DNA from: a bacterium
GTDB taxonomy: Bacteria; UBP18; UBA7526
Direction: 5' to 3'
Assembly: GCA_030615855.1 (NCBI GenBank)
Contig: JAUWYL010000003.1
Coordinates: forward strand, 2,384 to 66,383
DNA length: 64,000 nucleotides
Shown here: positions 30,230 to 38,695 of the stretch, in pieces
How positions within the stretch are numbered: the first letter of the stretch is position 1
How the letters are laid out: the number at the start of each line of letters is the position of its first letter
The notes under the pieces: model-generated
What the model saw: the letters and a program-made list of their open reading frames with translations, nothing else
What the model was told of the DNA's origin: nothing
Database searches by the model: none
Position numbers and translations under genes: made by a program

Positions 30230-31441
30230 TTAGCGGATGGCTTGGCTCATTTCAAAGATAGGTAATAGAATGGCTAAGACGATAAATCCCACCACAAGTC
30301 CCATTAAGAGTATAAGAATGGGTTCCAAGAGAGCAGTCAGGGTACCAACCGTGGCCTCCACCTCGCTATCATAGGTATCCGCTGCCTTATAGAGTAAATC
30401 CTCTAAGTTCCCGCTCTTCTCTCCAGAGGCGATCATTCTGACCACGATGGGAGGGAAGACCTTATTCCTGGATAAGGGAGCAGCCAGGCTCTCCCCCCTC
30501 CTCACGCTCTCCCCCGCCTCTCCAATGGCTTCTGAGAGAACCCGATTGCCCACGATATTCTTGACAATCTCTAAGGAACTCAAGAGGGGAACCCCGCCAG
30601 CCAGAAGGGTAGCTAAGGTGCGTGAGAACCTGGCCAGGGCGATCCCCTGGTTCAGAGGTCCAAAGAGAGGAACTCTTAGCCTCAGTCGATCGAAGATTTT
30701 CCCTCCTCCTTCTGTTTTGATATATCTCTTCATCCCAAAGATAAAGACAATGACTATTAGTAAGAGAAGCCACCAGTAGCCTTTGAAGAAGTCGCCTAAT
30801 TTAATCAGGATGATGGTGGGGAGGGGAAGAGAGGCCTGAAAAGTGGTAAATAGGCTAGTCACCCGAGGAATGACGAAGGTAAAGAGAAAGGATAGAACCA
30901 GGATGCCGATGGCCACAATGAAGAGGGGGTAGGCTAAAGCAGCCCTTATTCTATTCTCTAAGCGTAGGTGCTTCTCATTATAATCTGCCAAGCGTTCCAG
31001 AACAAGTTCTAATGCTCCGGCACTTTCACCGGCTCTAATCATACTGACATAGAGGCCAGAAAAGACCTTAGGATATTGGCTAAGGGCACTAGAGAGGGTG
31101 GAACCTGACTTTACCCTTTCGCGAACATCAACCAGGGCCTTCTTCAAAGTCTGATTCTCTAACTGCTCGCTCACCCCAGAGAGGGCCTCAGTGAGGGGAA
31201 GGCCGGCACTCAATAAAGTGGCCAGCTGCCGAGTAAGAATGGCTAAATCTCTTATCCTTACCCTCTTAAATATCCTTATCTCTCGTGAGGGAATAAGGGA
31301 GGGAAGAGATTCCTTTAAGGAGGTGAGATGTAAACCTTCTTGATGGAGCTTAGCCCGGGCTTCGGCAGGACTATCGGCATCGATGATTCCCCTCTTCCTC
31401 TTTCCCGACTTATCAAGGGCCTGATACTCAAAGACTGCCAT
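30230..31441 (-). CDS. gspF: type II secretion / type IV pilus platform protein GspF
   Basis: 403 aa. Two GspF/PilC repeats, each with cytoplasmic domain plus TM helices (e.g. GLPLTEALSGVSEQLEN, GGVPLLSSLEIVKNIVGNRV). Confidence 0.85.
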   Translation of the reverse strand: MAVFEYQALDKSGKRKRGIIDADSPAEARAKLHQEGLHLTSLKESLPSLIPSREIRIFKRVRIRDLAILTRQLATLLSAGLPLTEALSGVSEQLENQTLKKALVDVRERVKSGSTLSSALSQYPKVFSGLYVSMIRAGESAGALELVLERLADYNEKHLRLENRIRAALAYPLFIVAIGILVLSFLFTFVIPRVTSLFTTFQASLPLPTIILIKLGDFFKGYWWLLLLIVIVFIFGMKRYIKTEGGGKIFDRLRLRVPLFGPLNQGIALARFSRTLATLLAGGVPLLSSLEIVKNIVGNRVLSEAIGEAGESVRRGESLAAPLSRNKVFPPIVVRMIASGEKSGNLEDLLYKAADTYDSEVEATVGTLTALLEPILILLMGLVVGFIVLAILLPIFEMSQAIR

Positions 31442-31467
31442 CTCTCCCTCGCTGTCGCTCGGAGTAA
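31435..31467. repeat. 33-bp direct repeat, copy B (ctgccatctctccctcgctgtcgctcggagtaa), spanning the gspF start codon and leader
   Basis: Identical 33-mer also at 32952..32984. Together they bracket the HEPN/MNT cassette. Confidence 0.85.
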
Positions 31468-31487
31468 GATAGTATCAAAGTAGGAAA

Positions 31488-31606
31488 GTAATGGTTGGGA
31501 ATGGGTAGTAAGTAGTGAGTCGGGTAGTGAGTAGTGCGGGTGGGGTAAAGAGACCTCACAACTCACCCCCACAACTCGACTCACAACCCATAACTCACCC
31601 TCATCC
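31488..31606. repeat. ~120-bp imperfect palindromic element (ggtagtgagtagtg ... cacaactcgactcacaacccataactcaccctca family)
   Basis: Arms are reverse complements of each other. A second copy lies at 40621..40735. Confidence 0.65.
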
Positions 31607-31645
31607 TTTGCTGTTACTCTTCTTCTCTTCTTCTTTCCTACTCTC

Positions 31646-32065
31646 CTACCTTTTGGGTTGAGGTAGCATAGATTTTACCCAAGCGAAAAAGCGCTCAGTA
31701 TGCTTAATTATCTCTATTGCTTCTTTCTGGGTAAATAACCGCTCTTCATATTCTATGAGATTTTTCTTAGCGATGACCTTCCGCAGATGTTGAGCATTTC
31801 TCCTGGCATCAGGGGTTTTTATTGATTCGATTAATAAGCGTACTGCTTCTCTATGATCTGGGCTGGTACTTCTCACCTTGCGATAAAAAGTAAGCAGGGC
31901 ATCGTTAGCAGATATAACGCAGTGTACTGCTTCCAACCCTGCTGAATTCCAGTTGCCTTTTTCATAAGCCAATCTCATAGCCCGATGGAAATCCCGAGAT
32001 TTCCTAAAGTAATTTAGATACTCGCCAGGTTCAATCTTTTTGAATTTAGTCTTCTTAGCTATCAA
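31646..32065 (-). CDS. HEPN-domain protein (HepT-like toxin candidate)
   Basis: 139 aa, all-helical. R-x4-6-H motif in RRNAQHLRK. Overlaps the upstream nucleotidyltransferase gene by 11 bp. Confidence 0.6.
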   Translation of the reverse strand: MIAKKTKFKKIEPGEYLNYFRKSRDFHRAMRLAYEKGNWNSAGLEAVHCVISANDALLTFYRKVRSTSPDHREAVRLLIESIKTPDARRNAQHLRKVIAKKNLIEYEERLFTQKEAIEIIKHTERFFAWVKSMLPQPKR

Positions 32066-32678
32066 TTGTTAGCACCTCAGTTAAACTTTTTCCTTGAATT
32101 ACTTTTCCCTCTTTAATAATTCTCCCTATTAGCCTCTCTTTTGCCTTTTGCTTTTTAGTAAATTCCCTAAGGGTTAAGATATATGGGGAAACTACATTTC
32201 CAAAGGTATCCATTAATTCCATATTCAGGGAGTCGAATTTTCGCTCTACCTTCTTCTTTTCTTTCTGGCGGGAAACCAGTACTAAAAGGTCGATGTCGCT
32301 ATCGGAACTTTCTCTACCTTGAGCAAAACTTCCAAAAAGTATTACGGAGACTACTGTTCTATTAAAGGATTTAGTTATTTTCTTTAATGCTGTCTGAAGC
32401 AAGCCTGCCTCTTTTTTAAATAAAGGTTGGAGCACATGAGAGACTAAATAATTTGTTTCTTTTAAACCGAATAAATGAGCCTTACCTACCTTCTGTCTAG
32501 TGACTATTCCTTCGTTTATCAATTCTCTTAATGCCAAATGGCAGGTTCTATGGTTCAGTCCGCTGAGTTGGGCTATTTGACGACCGGTTATTTCTATTTT
32601 ACTTTTAAATAATACACGCAATATTTTAATCTTAGATCTCTGTCCCAATACCTCTTCCAAGACATTGTGCATACGCAT
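32055..32678 (-). CDS. minimal nucleotidyltransferase (MntA-like antitoxin candidate) with N-terminal winged-HTH
   Basis: wHTH segment GRQIAQLSGLNHRTCHLALRELINEGIV. Pol-beta-type motif ILFGSFAQGRESSDSDIDLLVL. Confidence 0.65.
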   Translation of the reverse strand: MRMHNVLEEVLGQRSKIKILRVLFKSKIEITGRQIAQLSGLNHRTCHLALRELINEGIVTRQKVGKAHLFGLKETNYLVSHVLQPLFKKEAGLLQTALKKITKSFNRTVVSVILFGSFAQGRESSDSDIDLLVLVSRQKEKKKVERKFDSLNMELMDTFGNVVSPYILTLREFTKKQKAKERLIGRIIKEGKVIQGKSLTEVLTIDS

Positions 32679-32733
32679 ACAACGGCCTCACTTTCTGGAT
32701 AATTTTATTACCTATATGGCTAATTTATTAACC

Positions 32734-32762
32734 AATATATCATAGGATTATTTGATTGTCAA
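32734..32762 (-). promoter_or_regulatory. sigma70-type promoter (TTGACA-17 bp-TATATT) for the MNT/HEPN cassette
   Basis: Minus strand: -35 TTGACA = complement of 32757..32762; 17-bp spacer; -10 TATATT = complement of 32734..32739. About 55 nt upstream of the MNT start, in an AT-rich segment. Confidence 0.6.
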
Positions 32763-32869
32763 CCCCCTTAGACTTTTTAAAAATTTATTGTCAATTCATA
32801 AGATTCAGTAAACTAAAAAATTTCTGATCGAAAGTCTAATGGGATCAAGCGATTGGTCAGTAAGCACAA

Positions 32870-32898
32870 ATTACAACTCAAATCGAAACTTTTGTCAA
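32870..32898 (-). promoter_or_regulatory. second sigma70-like promoter (TTGACA-17 bp-TGTAAT) overlapping duplicated tcgaaacttttg motifs
   Basis: Minus strand: -35 = complement of 32893..32898; -10 = complement of 32870..32875. The motif gtcgaaacttttg occurs twice (32884-32896 and 32914-32926), a possible operator. Confidence 0.45.
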
Positions 32899-32951
32899 GT
32901 AATTTCAATTGCAGTCGAAACTTTTGAGACTAAAGACACAGGATTAAAAAC

Positions 32952-32984
32952 CTGCCATCTCTCCCTCGCTGTCGCTCGGAGTAA
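32952..32984. repeat. 33-bp direct repeat, copy A (duplicate of the gspF start/leader, including ATGGCAG)
   Basis: Identical to 31435..31467. Here the duplicated start codon is followed by non-coding AT-rich sequence. Confidence 0.85.
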
Positions 32985-33245
32985 CCAGTAACCAGTGTAC
33001 AGTTTACAGCAAAAGAATATCAGATTACCAGTATATCAGATGGAGAGGGATAGATATCAGAAATCAGATAAATCTGATACTCTGACCATCTGAATTCTCA
33101 TTCTGAGACTCTGATGTTCTGCATTCTGAGCATCGCGAAGAATCTAGCCAGTTTATCTGGCGTCTAATCTATAGTTTTACTGGTTACTGTTTGCTGGTTA
33201 CTGTAAACCTCTATTCTACTATTCACTGATAGTAAGTATACCATA
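32985..33245. repeat. MITE-like palindromic element with gtaaccagtaaccag ... ctggttactgtaaacctctattctact termini
   Basis: Shares both end sequences with the element at 6690..6806. The interior carries gatatcag / tctgat and cgaagaatctagccag motifs, also seen at 61141-61260 and 63181-63310. Confidence 0.55.
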
Positions 33246-33332
33246 CTCCTCTTAAAAAAGCAAAAAAGCCACTACATTCATGTGACATAGTGGCTCTTAC
33301 TTACTTTCCTACTTTTTTACTTTTATACTCTT

Positions 33333-35120
33333 TTAGACTACTATTTCCTGGGTGACGCGCAGGACTTCTTCTAAGGTGGTGATTCCAGATAAGATCTTCT
33401 CCACCCCTGCCTGCTGTAAGGTGGTCATCCCTTTGGAGACGGCCTTCTGCTTTATAAGGTTGGTCTCTTTCTTATTGGTAATCATATCCCTTATCTCATC
33501 ATCTATTACTAATAGTTCGAAGATCCCGGTCCTTCCCCAATATCCAGTATCGAGACAAAAAGGACAACCCTTTCCTCTCCAGAGAACTCCCTCCGGGCCA
33601 GAGGCCCTCTGAGCCGGCGGCCCTTCCCTCCGGGGCAGAGCCCCCTCTCTCCGAGCCAGAGGCTCTTCCGAGCCGGAGGCTGGGGCGGAGCCTTTAAGGT
33701 CAGAAGGTTTCAATCCCACCTCTGCTAAGGACTCTGGCGTTGGAGTATAGGACTCCTTGCATTTTGGGCAGATGAGGCGAACTAATCTCTGGGCCATGAT
33801 CCCGATTATTGAAGAAGAGGCAAGATAGGGCTCCACCCCCATCTCGAGTAGTCTGGTAATGGCTCCGGCAGCATCATTGGTATGGAGAGTAGAGAAGACC
33901 AAGTGGCCGGTTAAAGCAGCGTGGATGGCAATCTCTGCGGTCTCGAAGTCTCGGATCTCACCCACCATCATAACATCCGGGTCCTGCCTCACAATAGACC
34001 TTAATCCAGAAGCAAAGGTTAAACCGATCTTGGGCTTTACCTGTATCTGTCCGATCCCCTCTAACTGATACTCAATGGGATCCTCCACAGTAATGATGTT
34101 TTTGTCCGGGGTATTAATGCGGTCTAAAGCACTATACAGAGTGGTCGTCTTACCTGACCCTGTTGGCCCAGTATTCAGTATGATACCATGGGAACTTTTG
34201 ATTAATTTGAGGAGCTTTTCCAGGTTCTTTTGAGAGAAGCCTAAGTTCTCCAATCTGAAGGACATACTCGACTTATCCAATAACCTCATCACTACCCTCT
34301 CCCCAAAGAAGGTGGGAATTACTGAGACTCGGATATCAATGTCCTTTCCCGCCATCTTGATACTTATTCTTCCATCCTGGGGAAGCCTTCTCTCAGCAAT
34401 ATTTAAGCTGGCCATTACTTTTACCCGAGAGACGATGGCCGGTTGATGACTACGCTCATTACGCAGAATATCATATAGCACGCCATCTACTCTATATCGT
34501 ATCCTCAGTTCCTTCTCAAAGGGCTCGATGTGGATATCACTGGCCCTCTTCTTTAAGGCCTCAATAATGAGGGAGTCAACGAACTTAATAATGGGTGGTT
34601 TGGAAGCCAAGTCCAATAAATCCTCTGCCCCTTCAAATGTTCCTTCCCCTTTTCCAAAATCAACCTTCTCAAACTCCTTTATGATTTCAGTGGCGCTCTC
34701 TCCCTCCTGGGCACCATAACCCCTTTCAATCCCTTTGAGAATCTCCTCTTCCGGAACGATGACCATCCTTAGAGGATGGGTCAGGATAAGGCGGAGATTA
34801 TCAATGGGACCAGGGTCCAAAGGATCAGAGGTAGCCACCCTCTCTCCTTTCAGGGGAAGAAGGCAACACCTCTTGAGGAAAGAATGGGAGAGTTCAGAGA
34901 GTCCCTCAGAATCGATATCCTCATCTGAGAGATGGTCCAAGTAGGGGACATGAAGTTTTTCACTCAAGACCCGCAGAATCTCTTCCTGAGTAAGAAACTT
35001 TAGTTGTAAGAGAACCTTATCTAATCTCTCATTGGTCCTTCCCTGTAAGTCTAAAGCCTCTTTTAATTCTTCCTTAGTTATCTTCTTATCCTTCAGGAGG
35101 ATCTCACCCAGATTCTCCAT
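33333..35120 (-). CDS. gspE: type II secretion / type IV pilus assembly ATPase GspE
   Basis: N1 domain, Walker A GPTGSGKTT, Asp and His boxes. C-terminal Cys pairs CPKC ... CPFC are separated by an in-frame low-complexity Gly/Pro/Arg insertion encoded by GC-rich tandem ccggagg/gagccgg repeats (~33590-33700). Confidence 0.85.
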   Translation of the reverse strand: MENLGEILLKDKKITKEELKEALDLQGRTNERLDKVLLQLKFLTQEEILRVLSEKLHVPYLDHLSDEDIDSEGLSELSHSFLKRCCLLPLKGERVATSDPLDPGPIDNLRLILTHPLRMVIVPEEEILKGIERGYGAQEGESATEIIKEFEKVDFGKGEGTFEGAEDLLDLASKPPIIKFVDSLIIEALKKRASDIHIEPFEKELRIRYRVDGVLYDILRNERSHQPAIVSRVKVMASLNIAERRLPQDGRISIKMAGKDIDIRVSVIPTFFGERVVMRLLDKSSMSFRLENLGFSQKNLEKLLKLIKSSHGIILNTGPTGSGKTTTLYSALDRINTPDKNIITVEDPIEYQLEGIGQIQVKPKIGLTFASGLRSIVRQDPDVMMVGEIRDFETAEIAIHAALTGHLVFSTLHTNDAAGAITRLLEMGVEPYLASSSIIGIMAQRLVRLICPKCKESYTPTPESLAEVGLKPSDLKGSAPASGSEEPLARREGALPRREGPPAQRASGPEGVLWRGKGCPFCLDTGYWGRTGIFELLVIDDEIRDMITNKKETNLIKQKAVSKGMTTLQQAGVEKILSGITTLEEVLRVTQEIVV

Positions 35121-35122
35121 AA

Positions 35123-37054
35123 TTACTTCCTCTCAAACTCCTCTATCTCTTCCCTCTTTCTCTCAGTCAGGGCTTCGACCTCCTCTGGAGTAGTAACCAC
35201 ATGAGGGGTGAGAAAGATGACCAAGCTTATCTTCTCTGTGACCTCTATCTTTCTCTTGAAGAGCCAGCCCAATCCCGGAATCCTTCCCAGTCCGGGGACC
35301 CTTCTCTCCACAACAGATTTATCTTCTCTCAGTAGGCCCCCAATAACAATGGTCTGGCCATCCCTGACCGTCACTGTGGTATCTGTCTCCCTCTTGGCTA
35401 AAACCGGAGCATCGTGTATCGTCTCTGCTAATACTTTCTGAATCTCCTGATGAATCTTTAAGGTAACAAATCCCTCAGGATTTATCTGGGGGGTGATCTT
35501 CAAGTTTATTCCCACATCCTCATAGGTATAGGTCTTTACCACCGTCTCATCTTCCGTTAGCCGAGAGGCAGTAACCATGGGGACCCTCTTCCCCACCTTG
35601 ATCTCCGCCTCCTGATTATTATTCACCAAGAGATAGGGGGTAGATAGGATATTGAATTCAGAATCAGTCTTATAGAGGTTAACCAGGGCAGCGATATTGG
35701 CTGGCTCATTCTTATATAATCCCAGGGTCATGCCATACAACGTCCCAGCCAAGTACTCTGGTCTCATCCCAAAGTGAGTCACCGCGAGGGGCCGATGGGC
35801 ATGGTCGAGCCGAAATTCTTCTAATGCTGCCCATTCCACTCCTAAGTTCAGGAACTTCTCTAAAGTGACCTCTGCTACCAGAGCCTCCACTAAGACCTGT
35901 TGGCGGGGGATGTCTAGTTTCTCAATAATCTTCTCTAATTCTTCATACTGAGTGGGAGCAGCAATGATGATGAGGGCATTGGTCAATTTATCAGCCACGA
36001 TAGTAGGCTTGGCCTCTATGGCCAGGGCCTTCCCCTTTCCCACTCTGCGAGCAACCATCTTGGCATACATCTCGGTCAAAACCTTGGCTAAGTCCTCAGC
36101 AGTCGAGTTCTTGAGATAGTAGACGTGGATCATCTCCTTCCCTGGAGGAGGCTTCTTATCGATCTCTTCCACAATGGTCATCATTCTCCTTATATTAGAG
36201 GAGACATCTGTAATGATGACCGTATTGGCAGGGGGATAGGTAATGAGATTTCCTCCCGGAGAGATTAAAGGGGTCAAGAGGCTTCGTACCTGATCGCAGG
36301 CAGCATACTCTAAGGGGATGAGCTGGGTGATAATCTTATCCTCTGGGCTTATCCTTTCAACCTCTCTTCCCACTCTGGTCTCAATGCTCTTCCCTTTCGC
36401 TTCCCTTGAGGGAATGACCTTTATCACCTCTCCCGCCGGAACCGTGGTATAGCCCTTCACCTCTAAGATAGACTCTAAGACGTGATATACCTCTTCTAAG
36501 GGAATCTTGGTGGGGGAGATGATGGTTACCTTCCCCCTCACCTTCTCATCGATGACGAAGTTCTTTCCGGTCAATTCGCTTATTGCTTTAATCACTACCT
36601 TAATATCAGCATCCTTGAAATCTAAGGAGACGAGATTCCGGGGTAAGGGTTTCTTAGTAACTTTCTTCTCCTTTGGTGAGATTCTCAAGGAGAGTCTATC
36701 TTTCTGGCTGGTTGCTTTATACTCTGCTGGTTTTTTCAGGTCTATGACCACCCGACTGATACTCTTCGGTCTATCCTTATACTGGGCAGACCTTATGCTC
36801 TTCACCAATGGATGATCGACTACCAATTCTCTCTTAGGCCAGGCATGGATGGTATTGGAAAGGTCTACTACCATACGATTCGGTTTGGTAAGGAGAAAGA
36901 TATTATAATCATGGGGAGAAGGGAGGGTAATATTGACCATTGCCTCCTCTCCCTTGGGTAGAAAAGTTATTTTCGTTAATTTACCTACCGCCCCAGAAAG
37001 GCTACTTCCCAATAGCAGGAAAATTAAAGACGAAATTATTATTCTTGTTTTCAT
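35123..37054 (-). CDS. gspD: type II secretion secretin GspD
   Basis: 643 aa. Signal peptide, N0/N1 periplasmic domains, C-terminal secretin domain (...TVVIGGLLREDKSVVERRVPGLGRIPGLGWLFK). Confidence 0.85.
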   Translation of the reverse strand: MKTRIIISSLIFLLLGSSLSGAVGKLTKITFLPKGEEAMVNITLPSPHDYNIFLLTKPNRMVVDLSNTIHAWPKRELVVDHPLVKSIRSAQYKDRPKSISRVVIDLKKPAEYKATSQKDRLSLRISPKEKKVTKKPLPRNLVSLDFKDADIKVVIKAISELTGKNFVIDEKVRGKVTIISPTKIPLEEVYHVLESILEVKGYTTVPAGEVIKVIPSREAKGKSIETRVGREVERISPEDKIITQLIPLEYAACDQVRSLLTPLISPGGNLITYPPANTVIITDVSSNIRRMMTIVEEIDKKPPPGKEMIHVYYLKNSTAEDLAKVLTEMYAKMVARRVGKGKALAIEAKPTIVADKLTNALIIIAAPTQYEELEKIIEKLDIPRQQVLVEALVAEVTLEKFLNLGVEWAALEEFRLDHAHRPLAVTHFGMRPEYLAGTLYGMTLGLYKNEPANIAALVNLYKTDSEFNILSTPYLLVNNNQEAEIKVGKRVPMVTASRLTEDETVVKTYTYEDVGINLKITPQINPEGFVTLKIHQEIQKVLAETIHDAPVLAKRETDTTVTVRDGQTIVIGGLLREDKSVVERRVPGLGRIPGLGWLFKRKIEVTEKISLVIFLTPHVVTTPEEVEALTERKREEIEEFERK

Positions 37055-37244
37055 TCTATCTCCTTGCCACCGCCGAATTACAAAACAAGTTGGATTAGTG
37101 TATTAGGTAGACTTTTAGGATATTAGTTGGATTAGTGTATTAGGTGGATTAGGTGAAAGTTAATTCAACTAGTCCAACTCATCCAACTAATTTACCAGTC
37201 TAACTATCCTTTTCTGCGTCTTTGCTTCTTCAGCGCTTCTGCGT

Positions 37245-38087
37245 TTAATCTTTTATCTCATAGGTCAAAGTGATGGGACGACCGCCCCTCTCTACTTCCA
37301 CACTGATGATCGGTCTATCCTTCACCTCTTTATACATCTGAATAGCCCTCTCAATACTGTCCAGCCTCTGGCCCTCAACCCCTTTGATGATATCTCCATC
37401 CCTCACGCCCAAGCTCTCAGCCAAGCTCCCCTTCTTGACATCATCTAACCTGAAGCCTCTTATCTGACCAGCCTCTAAGTAAGGTGCAACCTTCACCTGG
37501 GCAAGGAGCTGGTTGGGGTTACTGATCACTGAGGTGAATTTACTTCTGGAAAACGACCATCTATTGCTGGCCACCTTTTCCACCAAACGGGAAGTATCAG
37601 AAGTCATACCAGGAAGAAAGTTCTCACCATAAACTGCCAGGGAGACCAGACCGGCTGAGGTCTTCAAGACAACATGGTCTCTCTCAATCTTGACTATCTC
37701 ATTTTCCCCTACCAAGTCCCCTTTCTTGTAGACTTCCTCCTTCTTAGTATCAGGATCCTCAATGATGCATAGGGATTCCAGGCCCTCTACGACAATGGTC
37801 CCCTTCAGTTTTAGATTCGATACTATACCAGGTAGGGTTTCCAATAGCCCTTCTTCAAGTGAGACCCCTTCTTCCCCAGCAGCAAAGAGATTTCTTTCTA
37901 TAATAATAGAATAATGTTCATAGAGCCTGGGTTCCTCTTTCACTTCCTCTTTTCCTGGAGGAAGCGGAGGAGGCTTAGGAACCGCTACCTTTCCCACGCG
38001 GGCAAAGGAAAGGGAGATATCAATAATAATGGTAAGTGCGATAACGATGAGAACTACATTCAGGATCAGAAAATATTTCTTCAGCAT
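37245..38087 (-). CDS. gspC: GspC-like inner-membrane protein with C-terminal PDZ domain
   Basis: N-terminal TM helix. PDZ segment GFRLDDVKKGSLAESLGVRDGDIIKGVEGQRLDSIERAIQMY. Lies directly upstream of gspD. Confidence 0.6.
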   Translation of the reverse strand: MLKKYFLILNVVLIVIALTIIIDISLSFARVGKVAVPKPPPLPPGKEEVKEEPRLYEHYSIIIERNLFAAGEEGVSLEEGLLETLPGIVSNLKLKGTIVVEGLESLCIIEDPDTKKEEVYKKGDLVGENEIVKIERDHVVLKTSAGLVSLAVYGENFLPGMTSDTSRLVEKVASNRWSFSRSKFTSVISNPNQLLAQVKVAPYLEAGQIRGFRLDDVKKGSLAESLGVRDGDIIKGVEGQRLDSIERAIQMYKEVKDRPIISVEVERGGRPITLTYEIKD

Positions 38088-38106
38088 CTTTTCCTCTCTT
38101 CAAATC

Positions 38107-38417
38107 TGGCTCCGGAGGAGGGATTCGAACCCCCGACCAAGTGGTTACAGATTCTCTCCAAATTTCTTTAGAGTCTGGACTCTCTCTTTCCCGTGTCCCA
38201 TCTGGCTCTGCCAGACAGGATTTAGGGAGCGGGTGTATAGTCTCTGCACGTTCCCTCCGAAGCTTTAGCCTAGGAGGGCTTCGCTCAGGATTACCTTACC
38301 CGCCGATGAGACGGGGTTAGGCTTCCCTGAATTAGCCCGCTTTTTCAATCCGACTTTCGACGGAAAGCTGCAACTTTCTGGTTACAGCCACCTGCGCTAC
38401 CACTGCGCTACTCCGGA
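38107..38417 (-). tRNA. tRNA gene split in the anticodon loop by a 229-nt insertion flanked by an 8-bp direct repeat. The joined exons give a class-I tRNA with anticodon GUA (Tyr by the universal code).
   Basis: 5' part TCCGGAGTAGCGCAGTGGTAGCGCAGGTGGCTGTAACC (38380..38417) and 3' part CTGTAACCACTTGGTCGGGGGTTCGAATCCCTCCTCCGGAGCCA (38107..38150) together form perfect acceptor, D, anticodon (GGTGG/CCACT) and T stems, with encoded CCA. ctgtaacc occurs at both junctions. Confidence 0.5.
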
Positions 38418-38466
38418 GCATCCTTAAATAACATTATACCAAGCAATATCTTATTTGTCAAATATC

Positions 38467-38511
38467 AAAAAAAAGAGCACTTTGACCGTTTGGGATTAAG
38501 TGCTCTTTTTA
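38467..38511 (-). terminator. bidirectional rho-independent terminator (A8-stem/loop-T5) between the HhH outer-membrane protein gene and the tRNA
   Basis: aaaaaaaa-gagcactt-[loop]-aagtgctc-ttttt. 9-10 bp perfect stem with U-tracts on both strands. Confidence 0.7.
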
Positions 38512-38695
38512 TCAGCATGATTTGCGTTCTTTTCTTTTGGCGTCTTTTAGTTTCAGCCTCAGCCAGAGGCTGATGAGCCTATGGCTCAAGAGGCTGATCT
38601 CCGCCACATTGATGGCGGACAGGCACCTTTGGCGGAAAATTTAGCGTCTTGGCGGCTGCAATTCGCGTCTTGTTTATTCGCGTTTATTCGCGTCT

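Noticed and set aside
38107-38417. Initial interpretation of this ~310-nt structured region as tmRNA (ssrA)
   Set aside because: Both ends form complete D and anticodon stems of an ordinary tRNA, which tmRNA lacks. The best candidate tag ORF (ANSGKPNPVSSAGKVILSEALLG*) does not resemble a proteolysis tag. Interpreted instead as an interrupted tRNA.
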